Assembly (NCBI GenBank): GCA_903813345.2
Contig: CAIIXF020000001.1
Location: 31,372,001 to 31,436,000 of the forward strand
Reading direction: 5' to 3'
Origin: Owenia fusiformis
Lineage: Eukaryota
Length of the DNA stretch: 64,000 nucleotides
Positions 25,110 to 39,231 of this stretch are shown in pieces (position 1 is the stretch's first letter; each line of letters starts with the position of its first letter). The notes under the pieces are model-generated. The model was not told the origin of the DNA, made no database searches, and worked only from the letters and a program-made list of their open reading frames with translations. The position numbers and the translations under genes were made by a program.

Positions 25110-26067
25110 CATGCCCGTAGCCAGCTTTTTGTAAGTGGGGGCTCGACCCCCCCCCATCTTTAACACCCCCCCCCCCCAGCGAGCAAGCAAGATAATAGGG
25201 GGGGGGGCGGTCTGGGTTTTTCCCCCAGAAAATTTCGAAAATTGAACATTATTTGGTGCATTCTGACCCGAGCAAGGATGGGGGGTTTGTAGGTTCTCCC
25301 CATTTTGACCTATTGAAGAATAGGGGGGTATGGGGGTTCTCCCCCAGCAAATTTTGAAAATTGAACATCTTTTGGTGCATTCTGACAAGTTTCAGAGCGA
25401 GAATAGGGGGGTCTGGGGGTTCTCCCCCAAGAAAATTTCGAAAATTGAGCATCATATGGTGCATTCTTACCAATTTCAGAGCAAGAATAAGGGTCTGTAG
25501 GTTCTCCCCATTTTGACCAATTGAAGAATAGGAGGGTATGGGGGTTCTCCCCAAGAAACTCCCCCAGAGAATTTCAAAAACTGAACATTTTTGGTGCATT
25601 CTGAACAATTTCAAAGCGAGAATAGGTGCCAATAGGGGGATCCGGGGGGTTCTCCAATAGCAAATTTCGAAAATTGAACATCATTTGGTGCATTCTGCCT
25701 AATTTCAGAGCGAGAATATTAGGTTCTCACCCATCTAGATCCGCTAGTGCCCCCCCCCCCTCAGAACCTCCACCCACTCCACCCACAAATAAATTTAATT
25801 TTAATTTCCTATGCTAAACCAACCCCTTCGTATTGTAAAGGGCACTTGCGGGATCTGGAAGCTAGGACCAACATTTCAAGTCAGAAAAAGGCGCTGAAAA
25901 AAAACAATGCCCAGTAATTCCAGTTTTTATCTAAATTGCTCAGTTTATGTGGGGGAGAGCAGGATTTATTTCAATAAAGCAAAAAAGGTAGGTCCACATT
26001 TTTTTAGGAGATGTCAGGGGGGGGGGGCTCGAAGCCCCCCGAGCCCCCCCCCCTGGCTACGGGCCTG
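25110..26067. mobile_element. GC-tailed MITE with internal tandem repeats
   Basis: TIRs CATGCCCGTAGCCAG / CTGGCTACGGGCCTG, with CAATT on both flanks. Internal repeats of GGGGGTTCTCCCC..GAAAATTTCGAAAATTGAACAT..TTTGGTGCATTCTGA. Confidence 0.75.
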
Positions 26068-26204
26068 CAATTACTTACTCCATGCAATGGATATATCATT
26101 TGCGGGTAACTTTCACTTCTGTTTGAAGTCCAATTACGCTGGGAAGAAAAGCTATTGATTATGGCGCCGGAGTATCATACTTCAAAATGTTCCATTTCTT
26201 GTTT

Positions 26205-26531
26205 AACTTTCTAATGGCACGATATAGTGACACGATAATATTTACACATGGTTTCAGCATAACTATGAAGGTATAAATGAGATGTTGATGTATTTGGTCT
26301 TTTTAATTCTTTTATAAAAAATAATGTTTAATTTTTTTGTCCGCTGTGACGGAGCAGTTGCAAATGTGATCTGTGAAAATGCTCCGTCACGGCGGACAAA
26401 AAATATTAATATTATTCTTTATAAAAAAATTTAAAAGACCCAATGCATTAATATATCATTAATACATTCAGAGTTATGCTGCAAACATATGTTAATATTA
26501 TCGTGTCACTATATCATGTCATTAAAAAGTT
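26205..26531. repeat. Long imperfect palindrome (foldback element)
   Basis: Arms of about 150 bp: GATATAGTGACACGATAATATT...TTTGTCCGCTGTGACGGAGCA / TGCTCCGTCACGGCGGACAAA...AATATTATCGTGTCACTATATC. The core motif also occurs at 25010-25030. Confidence 0.7.
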
Positions 26532-26794
26532 AGTCTTATAGTCTTATCAGCTGGTCTTAGATTTCAAATTTGCATATTAATGAGACAAAGGTAGCTAATT
26601 TACTTGTCAATATTAATGTGACTTATGGGACTGGGATTTTTTGGACATACGTTTCATAAAATCTGAGACTAACACATATACATAGAAAATTCGTAAATCT
26701 CAACATTTTGTTTTATATTATTAATATAAATATATATATATTTATTATGGGCCATTTTTGTCGATACCAATATTTTGTAGTTACAATAATGTGG

Positions 26795-27259
26795 TTATTC
26801 TGCCGACATGTTTGGCATGAGATGTCTCTCCATATCTCGACTGCCATAGTCAGGGATCCCTATACCACGATCACCCCGTCCAGTAGTTCCACTTGGTTTT
26901 GAGCCGGACCAGTTGCAAATATACCCTGCTCTGTACATGCCGATGGCAAACAACACAGACACGATCACACCACCAGTGCAAACGATGGCCATCCCAACTA
27001 ATATCAGAATATCCAAGTGTTTTGCCAGAGTGATATAGTACTGCTCGATGGATTCCATTTTTCTAGCCTCTTCATATGGATCAAATGTGTAGTCCCTTGG
27101 TATAAAATAACCTAACCCCATGAGGATCATTCCAGATATAAGTAGGACAAATGCCATTGCGCTAGCTGCTTCCTGGGAACCCCTCCTTGGATCAAAATTT
27201 TGCAAGAGCCACGTGTCTTCATCATCAGCATCCGAATTAGATTCAATCAAGGACATCAT
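26795..27259 (-). CDS. TMEM74: TMEM74-like (neurensin family) two-pass membrane protein, 154 aa
   Basis: Two hydrophobic helices flank YFIPRDYTFDPYEEARKMESIEQYYITLAKHLD..LVGMAIVCTGGVIVSVL, followed by a later YGS. This parallels the TMEM74 core (YIVPREVTVDP...AREMERLE...LGAHLD...GL.LLTLGGVILS.L...YGS). There is an in-frame stop just upstream of the ATG, AATAAA at 26746-26741, and a likely 5'UTR acceptor at 27602-27601. Confidence 0.85.
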   Translation of the reverse strand: MMSLIESNSDADDEDTWLLQNFDPRRGSQEAASAMAFVLLISGMILMGLGYFIPRDYTFDPYEEARKMESIEQYYITLAKHLDILILVGMAIVCTGGVIVSVLFAIGMYRAGYICNWSGSKPSGTTGRGDRGIGIPDYGSRDMERHLMPNMSAE

Positions 27260-27779
27260 TGTTAATGTTCAAAGTCAATATCTTCATTTTATCATTTCCT
27301 ATTGCAACATATTCTTTAATACCATGCATTCATGATAACGGCATTCTTATATCGTTACATCAAAACGATGCACACTTCCATTGCAATGTGCAATTTTGAT
27401 CAATTTTCAGTTTTGTTGTATTAACATGCTCACGATAACATTTTACACAGAATCCAGACTTTTCTAAACATCTGTTTCCACTATTGATCTTTGAATGGAT
27501 TTTTATGTTGCATTCTGTAAATTGCAATTTCTATTATCAGAGTTACATTAATTGATATCAGAAACGATTATTTCATTTTAACCCTTGTTAAGAGTGCGAT
27601 CTAAAAAGGTGCAAAGTATATTTTCTATTTTAAGATATGTATATCCGAATCGCTTTAATTTATGTAAACTAATGTTTTGACTCATGTGACATCACAGCCA
27701 GGTTTACTTTATTTTGACTTTTAAGGTGATACAAGACTTAAATGATACCAAATGTCGCACATCGCTTTATAATGTGATA

Positions 27780-28770
27780 CATGTACAAGGTCCCGGTGGT
27801 GGAAAAGGTCACATGTGATTAAAAGGTGGTAAGTGTGACACATCTCTTGGCAACCTTATGCAAGGACCTAATTGTAGTAAAGATTGCACATCCTTATGTA
27901 GTGGTGGTGAATCTGACTCATCTCTCATACAAGGTGAAAGTGTTGGTAAAGGTCACTTCGCTAGGTACGGTCGGGCTAGGTAACACCATACAAGGCCCCA
28001 ATGGGGTAATTGCCACACATCTCTAGGTAACGTAACACGAAAACACAAAGCCCCATTGGTGGAAGTGGTCTCACATTTCTTTATAGCGTGGTACAAAGAC
28101 TAGGTAACGTGATCTACAAAGATACAATGACTCACTAGTAGCAAAAGTCACACAATTCTAGGTTACGTGATCTACAAAGGCCCACTAATGGTTAATGTCA
28201 CACATTTCTAGGTAACGTGATACAAAGTCACATTGGTGCAAAAGTCACATATTTCAAGTTATAGGTTACGTGATCTACAAAAGCCCACTAATGGTTAATG
28301 TCACACATTTCTAGGTAACGTGATACAAAGTCACATTGGTGCAAAAGTCACACATTTCAAGTTCTAGGTTACGTGATCTACAAAAGCCCACCTATAATGG
28401 TTAATGTCACACATTTCTAGGTAACGTGATACAAAGTCACATTGGTGCAAAAGTCACATATTTCAAGTTATAGGTTACGTGATCTACAAAAGCCCACTAA
28501 TGGTTAATGTCACATATTTCTAGGTAACGTGATACAAAGTCACATTGGTGCAAAAGTCACACATTTCAAGTTCTAGGTAATGTGAACTACAAAACCCCAC
28601 TAATGGTTAATGTCACACATTTCTAGGTAACGTAATACAAAACCCCACTGGTGGTAAAGGTCACTCATTTTTCGATCCAAGTATGGTGATGAAGGTCACA
28701 CATTCCACAATATTGTTAAATAATGTCAAAAGGGTAGACTAGTGGTAAAGGTCATACATCTCAAGGTAAC
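27780..28770. repeat. Minisatellite: ~103-bp dimer of ~50-bp subunits with degenerate flanks
   Basis: CTAGGTAACGT recurs at 28208, 28311, 28417, 28520 and 28623, with alternating GGTAACGTGATAC / GGTTACGTGATCTAC subunits. Confidence 0.8.
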
Positions 28771-31700
28771 TAAATGAAAAAATGATTTAAAAGTCCCATT
28801 GTTCTGCAAAGGAAGAGTGAACGGTAATCTGACTTGTTCTACATTAGCGCAACCTGCCAAGTAAAACATATAAACTGGTACCACATGTTTACTTAGCATA
28901 TGATATGATCCAGATAAACAAATGACTGAGCAAGAGCTAGAAGGTTTGAAAATGCATATTTTTTCGTATAAGCAAATTAAAATTTAAATATTGAAGAAGT
29001 AGATAAAACATAAATTATCAGAGTTAATACCTCTAAAACGCTTACGGCCAGCGCCCGATACGTAGTCCTCTGACAAGGGAGAGCAAAATGGTGTCATAAG
29101 CTGTCCAATAAACAAACATAAAATATAATTTGAAGCAGGGTTCGTTCGTCATATGTCATCACATGAGGACCGTGCCAACACATTTTCTTGAGAGCTTCAC
29201 ATTCTAGATCGTTTTTCTACGTGTTTTCTCTGAACTACAATTATATGAAAATGTCATCATTAGTTTCAAATATTTTTTTTATAAATATTAGCATCGTATG
29301 AGCATAATAACGCTCCAAGTGACATTCTGTTGTACCTCACCATGTAAGAGAGGATGGGGCGAGTATACAAAATTCTTATGGACGTTAGTATCTTTCCCAC
29401 TATAAAAATGGCTGACATTGTCGTATGTGTAACGTGGCAGTTTTGATATCTTGAATTCTAGGATTAGTTTTAAGAGTTTGAAATAAGTTTTCAAAATGGG
29501 CAAGGGCAACGGAGAGGGATATTATATCTGAACACCCAAAATCGTTTCAGTTTGACCCAAAACATTAAAGTGTGCGACCACCGACCTGACATGACCCTAC
29601 AACCGAACTTATTAATTCCACTCAGGAATGCAATTCCTAATAGTGAACCTGAGGGTTCAAAACAGCATAGACATGATAAAAATGACATAGATATTAAAAA
29701 TCAATATTTATCTAACGAAGAATAAAAATTACAGTATTAGGTCATTTGAATTACTAAATGTAAATTGAGTGATATTTCTAAATACCATACTCGGTTATAA
29801 GTTAAATAATGTAGAAATAGTCATAGGGTGAGAACTATTAATCATGTTCCATACTGCAGCATTGGAGTGATATATATTTTTTGGATACGCCGGTCAATTT
29901 TGTATGCTCAAAGTTGGTAAGTGTACGAATGCACAAGTGAGGGAGTTCAAGCTGCATAGCGTCTAAAACTTGGATTGTGTTGCCGGTCGGTTGTTACGTC
30001 GCGTAAGAGAATAGTGGATGAGAAAAATAAGGGTGGAGTTATAGAGAATCAAGTGTCCGATTGACGGCGAGGAACACATAGGAATAGAAGGATATCATTC
30101 AATGTGACATCAACCTTAACGTGAGTGAAATTTTAGATTTAATCAGTTTATAAGTGTTATTTTCTTTTTGTAATATATACGCATCACTGTACACATGACT
30201 CGTGACTGAGATACTCGTGAAATTATGCACAATGCTCAGTTTATAAACGTTAACGAAAAATAATTTGCATGTCAGATAAAAAGTATATTATTTCGCAAGA
30301 TTGGTATTACTTTTTTGAAAAAGATTTCAAATCATCAAACTATGCCACTAAGTCTATCCATGGATACTCAATGGATGAAGCTAATCAATTTTACATTTTG
30401 ATTTATTTTTAACAGTTTCAACGTCTATTGTAAGTCATACCCAATTATTTGTTTGTTAATTTGATGTCTCTGGTTTGATTACACTGAAGACATCATAGCT
30501 TTTAACTATTTATCCAGTTATCTCCCGAAGGAGAAAGGTCTGTTATCTGATATAAAATGATTGCTTTATTCATATCTGTTGCTCATTGGTCGCTTTTTAT
30601 AAGGCATATGGTCCTCCAAAATCGAGGTTATTTCAAGTAATAATAGACAATGTGGGTCAGAATGACTCCAAACGATTGAACTAAACATATGATGGATGAA
30701 CAATCACATAAATAGATGTTGCCCATAATTCTGACTAATGTCATATCTTAATGACTTTTGTACTTTGTAGCTGAAAATAACGTTACTCCTCTAAATCCTT
30801 CATCAGATTGCTTTCCGAAGTTGTTTAAGCGATCACATGAAACAAAACAGTTCTTTTATTTCAGAGTAGAGACAAGGTGATTTCACTTACCTAGTGGTTA
30901 CTCAAAGATAGTAAGAAAGATAGTCAGATAATCAAAGAGCGGTGAATAGTCAAAACTGGGGGGGGGGGAGCTGGGGTGGGATGGGGCGCCGGGCCTAATA
31001 TACCTCCATGGTCCTCCATGTCACGTAACGTTCAACTTGCGGTCTCGGTTTAAAGTGTTAAGGTATGATTTTGACAGTCAACCGAAGGGGCAGGTCAATG
31101 CTTGCATACTGTAAAATGTATAAATATAATTATGTGCTTCATGATAGCCTTAAAAAAGGTTAATTACCCAGGAGACATAACGCATGAGGTTTTAGTATAC
31201 TACTTGTTTCAACTTGGGGAGTCTTGCAAAGATCTGGAATATGTGCAGTTAAAATGAAATATAGAGGTCTAAACATTCAGGGCGTTCATTCCGACTCACA
31301 TTTTAAACAAGGACGCACAATGCATGTGTGTTCCCTGAAACCGGAATTCAATAAAGGAATGTTGATTTTAACTAAGATGGAGAAAAAATATAAGAATGTT
31401 CCCTGCACACATATATTACAAGTTAAACTGCTTTATCGCAAATTTTTACAGTTAAATATGGATCTGGTTCTTTTCTGGGATTTCCTAATAAACTGGGGGT
31501 GCTTACTAGTTTCTATACCTCTAAAGATAAACTACGTAGCAACCTGAAATCAACTAACACGATCAACGAACCATGGTACAAAGTTACAAAATAACAAAGC
31601 TTGAAAATTGCTTGAACAAGATGAGAAGTTCCAAAATCACAACCAAAGTCGTTCTTAAATGGAACAATTTAGTTTACAAAGCAATTTTCTCTGTCTATAA

Positions 31701-34700
31701 ATAATGACTCCCTGTGACCACTGATTTCAATGGGATGTAGAGTTGAATGTATTTCAGCATAGCCTATTGTCCCTTCAATAACCCCATTCTAATTCGTTAG
31801 ATCCAGTATTATGATATGATGGATGTGACAATGTGGTTCTGATACCAGACAAAATTATCATCTTATATTGAACCAATTTCAATAATTCTCCGTATCGTTC
31901 AATGCTCTAGTATTTCCTGAGGAAGTGTTTGAGTGCAACGCCTTGTTTCACCGTCGCGAAAAATAAAAAATATAGTCCACAATAGATTGCGGACTTTTGC
32001 GGTTTATCGAGTCAGTTTGTGAAGTCTGCCATAACCACAAACTCGTGACCTTTAGAACTTTTAATTTGTCAAAACTCGTTCAATTGTTGTTTGTCTGAGA
32101 AAATGATCTGAACCCCAATAAGTGACAGGTACCCTACTGCAAAAATACAAGTCTTTTGTTTGGACCCATATTATGCATCAATCTCAGCATATGTGAAGTC
32201 TGGCTCTACCTACGCTACATTGTCTTTTGATCTATCCTCAACAATAAACAATCGTTATAAATACAGAGAGAAGTTAAACAAGGAACACTTGGGTTCTCGA
32301 ATGCGAGAAATCTTGCAGCTTTAGCATCTTCCTTTGTTGGACTAGTGTTAAACCGGACATTGTTCCACTGAGCAGTATTCACAAACTGCTGATGTGCAAA
32401 CAGAAGCGATGGCTAATAAGAGTCAGTAGCTTGTGACAGATGACACTCATTGGCACACGATTTAAAGGAGGTCATCACAACCAACGTCCATCTTTTTATG
32501 TGCTGTTACATAGCAGCAATATTGGAATCACTCAATCGACAGCAGGTGGGTTGTTTTAACAATCTTTGAAATAGTTTGATGAGGTTTCTCATACTTTGAG
32601 TTCAAAACGTCATCAGCCTTGGTATTAAAAATCTTGTGATATAACTGGATTCATGGGTTTCTGTATTACAATATGACAAGCAGGAGATTATGTGATGCTA
32701 TCGACTGAATTATCAAAAAGTGTAGCTTAGATCTCTCCCTCTGTGGAGTTATATTGACATGATAGTCATCTGTTTCTGGTCCAATTTATTCCGATTAATC
32801 CATCCCTTCATCCCATCATACAATATTTATACAGCAAACCATTTCTCCAACATAAGTAGATGAACCCTTTTTAACATCGTGAATGGTAAAAAAAATAATA
32901 AAAATTACATACCAATTCACAAAAACATTTATTTTCAACGATTGGCTGGAAATTAGACAGTTGTTTTTGATGATGATAATGATGAAGCATTCCACGATAA
33001 GTTCAACCCATTCAGAACTGCACTTAACAGTGACGGTATGTGTTTTCAGGTGATTTAGTGAAGAATGTATAGTTATATGATATTTAATCATTCCTGAAAA
33101 AAGGGGTAGATAAGAAATTAACAACAGTTAAGATAAAACATCAAAGTCACAAAATATCCAACAATTTGAATTTTTACAGGATTTAATTATCGATGATGTA
33201 TGAGGTTCATAATCGAACAGGTTAAATGTCCTCCTTCTGTGGTCTTTAGTGGGTCACCTGCTTAGTGGACATGAAGTGGTGAGAAAATATTGAATCTTAC
33301 AGATTGCAATAGAAACTAATGAAGCTCAAAATCTACTTCTTTTGCATCACCATGTTGCCGTAAATTCCTCAGAATGTCAACTGAGGCTCAGTGGATGGAT
33401 ATCCTTGGTTTATTTTTGGTATTTAATCAGGGCTACTATTACACTGGTCTGCTCCTACAGGAGAGCACAAGTACAATATTTCTGACAACGATGGCGATTC
33501 GAGAATTGAAAATATTCATATGTACAAGTTGCAAAGAATGTAGCAGTTATGTCGCACAGTTATAACTTTTAACAATTTTCAGCTGAGAATGCCTTATCTA
33601 TTTTGGCGATCTCAAGGCCATCAAAATGTAAAAAATTAACGATGATATTTTTCAGGTTATCGTAACTTACTGTTATTCTCAGCATCATGTTATAATTTAG
33701 TCAATGTCACATATAGTTCATTTACTTATTGGACCGAATAAATGACTGGTATTCCTTCTATAATTCTTACTTTAACGCAGCCGTATGGCGGCCGTAGCTT
33801 CCCAAACTCGAGATAAATGTGCAGCATAAAGTATAGGAATAAGCAGAACGATGTAGATTTTCTCTAACGATTTTCTGAAGCTATACGGCCGCTGTACGGC
33901 CGCCGCCGTAGAGCAAATGTCACTAACTAGACTTTACGAAGCAATTTAACCCTGCTGTGTGTAAGGGCTATCCTATCCTGTTGAACGACTGAGGAAGGTG
34001 GTAACCACAGTGAAATTGCAGTTTGATCAGTTCTGTTATTCTTCCTCATCGAAGAATAAAACACACTGATTTGGGCTTGCCAAACTGCATGGAAATGATA
34101 AAAACGGGGGCATAGAGTAGTATATTTCAACAACACTTCACGTGTACAAACAGGTATTTCTATAATACAAGAGGTCCTTATGTGCTCCAAATACTACATG
34201 CTGACGTTTAGCTGATTTATAGACAATTAACCACCGATCTTTTTATTTGCCAATGATAACAATGCGAATATGATTTTTAAACATGTTAGACACCACCAGT
34301 ATAAAGTATTAAGATATTCTATTGTCTACTGCTACTTTTTTGCGTCAGTGTACCGCTTTTAGTTGTTCCGGATCCAGGGGGGATAATTGGCCCCGTTTTT
34401 ATGTGATGTTATCAGACCATTGTATAAACGAATGAAAGTGGGACAATTATCCCATGAAAGTGGGACATGCCACCATGGAACATCTACACCTAGACCATCA
34501 GTTCCATATTTATTCGCTCGGGTGTAATAATGATACATCGGCATTGGTTATTATGCCTATCATGTATCATTGTTAGTTGATTTTCATTATTTTTTGGCGC
34601 AGCTGAGCAAATTAAGATAGTCATACGAGTGGCATGCTTTGACTCCAGTTGACCCTTTGTCAGTTTCTTCATTTGTTTCCAAGATGATAAGTGTTCCCTT

Positions 34701-35198
34701 TCCCCTCCGTCAACGCATTTTATCGTTCAATACATCACCGCCGGGCATTACTAATTAGAAGCCTGTACAAATATATGTTGACATGTCGTCGTCGGAATTT
34801 TTCAAGAGATAAATATTCATTATCTCGTTAATTGAAAACTCCTTTAGAACTGGAGTAATCGTTTGAAGATTTGTCTTTTTGTTATCTTGAAAATAAAATT
34901 ATAGATTCGTGTCCACAGTCCTTCATGGATGGCTGGGTTCCCCTGATCAATGTGACTGTTAAACTGCAAGACTTGATCTAGAGTACACTAAAAACAGTCC
35001 CAACAAAACCTGTTCGCTAACCATACTAATTTATACTGTTTTTTACAATCCCCTTAATAAGTCTGGTAACCAGAAGACTCCTTCAAACCACGGGTTAAAT
35101 AAATTTTATCAATGTTTGTAGAATTTGACAAAACCATCAAAATTAACATTAACAAACATAATGGAGTTTTAACACGCCATCCAATAGGAGAGACATCC

Positions 35199-38100
35199 GG
35201 TTGCCAAACTTGTGAAGGGGGTGTACTCTTATTATCCAAACTTATGAAAGGGGTGTACTCTTATTATCCAAACTTATGAAGGGACGTTCTCTTATTATCC
35301 AAACTTATGAAGGGGTTGTACTCTTATTATCCAAACTTATGAAGGGATGTACTCTTATTATCCAAACTTATGAAGGGATGTACTCTTATTATCCAAACTT
35401 ATGAAGGGGTGTATTCTTATTATCCAAACTTATGAAGGGATGTACTCTTATTATCCAAACTTATGAAGGGATGTACTCTTATTATCCAAACTTATGAAGG
35501 GATGTACTCTTATTATCCAAACTTATGAAGGGATGTACTCTTATTATCCAAACTTATGAAGGGATGTACTCTTATTATCCAAACTTATGAAGGGATGTAC
35601 TCTTATTATCCAAACTTATGAAGGGACGTTCTCTTATTATCCAAACTTATGAAGGGATGTACTCTTATTATCCAAACTTATGAAGGGATGTACTCTTATT
35701 ATCCAAACTTATGAAGGGATGTTCTCTTATTATCCAAACTTATGAAGGGATGTACTCTTATTATCCAAACTTATGAAAGGGGTGTACTCTTATTATCCAA
35801 ACTTATGAAGGGACGTTCTCTTATTATCCAAACTTATGAAAGGGGTGTACTCTTATTATCCAAACTTATGAAGGGATGTACTCTTATTATCCAAACTTAT
35901 TAAAGGGGTGTACTCTTATTATCCAAACTTATGAAGGGACGTTCTCTTATTATCCAAACTTATGAAGGGGTTGTACTCTTATTATCCAAACTTATGAAGG
36001 GATGTTCTCTTATTATCCAAACTTATGAAGGGATGTACTCTTATTATCCAAACTTATGAAAGGGGTGTACTCTTATTATCCAAACTTATGAAGGGATGTA
36101 CTCTTATTATCCAAACTTATGAAAGGGGTGTACTCTTATTATCCAAACTTATGAAGGGATGTACTCTTATTATCCAAACGTAAGAAGGGATGTACTCTTA
36201 TTATCCAAACTTATGAAGGAATGTACTCTTATTATCCAAACTTATGAAGGGGTGTATTCTTATTATCCAAACTTATGAAGGGATGTACTCTTATTATCCA
36301 AACTTATGAAGGGGTGTATTCTTATTATCCAAACTTATGAAGGGGTGTACTCTTATTATTCAAACTTATGAAGGGGTGTATTCTTATTATCCAAACTTAT
36401 GAAGGGATGTACTCTTATTATCCAAACTTATGAAGGGGTGTATTCTTATTATCCAAACTTATGAAGGGGTGTACTCTTATTATCCAAACTTGTGAAGGAA
36501 TGTACTATTATTATCCAAACCTATGAAGGGGGTGTACTGTTATCATCCAAACTTATGAAGGGGGTGTACTCTTATTATTCAAACTTATGAAGGGGGGGGG
36601 GTACTCTTATTATCCAAACTTGTGAAGGAATGTACTCTTATTATCCAAACCTATGAAGGGGGTGTACTGTTATCATTCAAACTTATGAAGGGGGTGTACT
36701 CTTATTATTCAAACTTATGAAGGGATGTTCTCTTATTATCCAAACTTATGAAGGGATGTTCTCTTATTATCCAAACTTATGAAGGGGTTGTACTCTTATT
36801 ATTCAAACTTATGAGGGGGGTACTCTTATTATCCAAACGTATGAAGGGGGTGTACTCTTATTATCAAAACTTATGAAGGGATGTACTCTTATCATCCAAA
36901 CTTATGAAGGGATGTACTCTTATTATCCAAACTTATGAAGGGGTTGTACTCTCATTATTCAAACTTATTAAGGGATGTACTTTTATTATCCGAACTTATG
37001 GAGGGGGTGTACTCTTATTATCCAAACTTATGAAGGGATGAACTCTTATTATCCAAACTTATGAAGGGATGTTCTCTTATTATCCAAACTTATGAAGGGA
37101 TGTTCTCTTATTATCCAAACTTATGAAGGGGTTGTACTCTTATTATTCAAACTTATGAGGGGGGTACTCTTATTATCCAAACGTATGAAGGGGGTGTACT
37201 CTTATTATCAAAACTTATGAAGGGATGTACTCTTATCATCCAAACTTATGAAGGGATGTACTCTTATTATCCAAACTTATGAAGGGGTTGTACTCTTATT
37301 ATTCAAACTTATGAGGGGGGGGGGTACTCTTATTATCCAAACGTATGAAGGGGGTGTACTGTATTATCCAAACTTATGAAGGGATGTTCTCTTATCATCC
37401 AAACTTATGAAGGGGTGTACTCTTATTATCCAAACTTATGAAGGGTGTGTACTCTTATTATTCAAACTTATGAAGGGGGGGGGGGGTATTCTTATTATCC
37501 AAACGTATGAAGGGGGTATACTCTTATTATCCAAACTTATGAAGGGATGTTCTTTTATTATCCATACTTATGAAGGGATGTACTCTTATTATCCAAACTT
37601 ATGAAGGGATGTTCTCTTATTATCCAAACTTATGAAGGGATGTACTCTTATTATCCAAACTTATGAAGGGATGTTCTCTTATTATCCAAACTTATGAAGG
37701 GGTTGTACTCTTATTATTCAAACTTATGAGGGGGGTACTCTTATTATCCAAACGTATGAAGGGGGTGTACTCTTATTATCAAAACTTATGAAGGGATGTT
37801 TTATTATTATCCAAACTTATGAAGGGATGTTCTCTTATTATCCAAACTTATGAAGGGATGTACTCTTATCATCCAAACTTATGAAGGGATGTTCTCTTAT
37901 TATCCAAACTTATGAAGGGATGTACTCTTATTATCCAAACTTATGAAGGGATGTTTTATTATTATCCAAACTTATGAAGGGATGTTCTCTTATTATCCAA
38001 ACTTATTAAGGGATGTACTCTTATCATCCAAACTTATGAAGGGATGTTCTCTTATTATCCAAACTTATGAAGGGATGTACTCTTATTATCCAAACTTATG

Positions 38101-38731
38101 AAGGGATGTTCTCTTATTATCCAAACTTATGAAGGGATGTACTCTTATTTTCCAAACTTATGAAGGGATGTTCTCTTATTATCCAAACTTATGAAGTGAT
38201 GTACTCTTATCATCCAAACTTATGAAGGGATGTTCTCTTATTATCCAAACTTATGAAGGGATGTACTCTTATTATCCAAACTTATGAAGGGATGTACTCT
38301 TATTATCCAAACTTATGAAGGGATGTACTCTTATTATCCAAACTTATGAAGGGATGTTCTCTTATTATCCAAACTTATGAAGGGATGTACTCTTATTATC
38401 CAAACTTATGAAGGGATGTTTTATTATTATCCAAACTTATGAAGGGATGTTCTCTTATTATCCAAACTTATGAAGGGATGTACTCTTATCATCCAAACTT
38501 ATGAAGGGATGTTCTCTTATTAACCAAACTTATGAAGGGATGTACTCTTATTATCCAAACTTATGAAGGGATGTTCTCTTATTATCCAAACTTATGAAGG
38601 GATGTACTCTTATTTTCCAAACTTATGAAGGGATGTTCTCTTATTATCCAAACTTATGAAGGGATGTACTCTTATCATCCAAACTTATGAAGGGATGTTC
38701 TCTTATTATCCAAACTTATGAAGGGATGTAC
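35199..38731. repeat. 31-bp satellite array (over 110 copies) running into an assembly gap
   Basis: Unit CCAAACTTATGAAGGGATGTACTCTTATTAT with a variable G-run, continuous to the N gap at 38732. Confidence 0.95.
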
Positions 38732-39231
38732 NNNNNNNNNNNNNNNNNNNNNNNNNNNNNNNNNNNNNNNNNNNNNNNNNNNNNNNNNNNNNNNNNNNNN
38801 NNNNNNNNNNNNNNNNNNNNNNNNNNNNNNNNNNNNNNNNNNNNNNNNNNNNNNNNNNNNNNNNNNNNNNNNNNNNNNNNNNNNNNNNNNNNNNNNNNNN
38901 NNNNNNNNNNNNNNNNNNNNNNNNNNNNNNNNNNNNNNNNNNNNNNNNNNNNNNNNNNNNNNNNNNNNNNNNNNNNNNNNNNNNNNNNNNNNNNNNNNNN
39001 NNNNNNNNNNNNNNNNNNNNNNNNNNNNNNNNNNNNNNNNNNNNNNNNNNNNNNNNNNNNNNNNNNNNNNNNNNNNNNNNNNNNNNNNNNNNNNNNNNNN
39101 NNNNNNNNNNNNNNNNNNNNNNNNNNNNNNNNNNNNNNNNNNNNNNNNNNNNNNNNNNNNNNNNNNNNNNNNNNNNNNNNNNNNNNNNNNNNNNNNNNNN
39201 NNNNNNNNNNNNNNNNNNNNNNNNNNNNNNN
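38732..39231. other. Assembly gap (500 N)
   Basis: Run of N. Confidence 0.99.

Noticed and set aside
25062..26158. Pro/Gly-rich ORFs of 63-127 aa
   Set aside because: They lie within the G/C-run tandem repeats of a MITE.
30885..30990. Possible non-coding first exon of the TMEM74-like gene (minus-strand tag|gtaagtg at about 30891)
   Set aside because: Only a donor-like motif. Other candidate donors exist near 29030-29045, and I cannot choose between them without transcripts.
35199..38731. CRISPR-like array of ~31-bp repeats
   Set aside because: The repeats are head-to-tail with no unique spacers, there are no cas genes, and the context is eukaryotic. It is a satellite.
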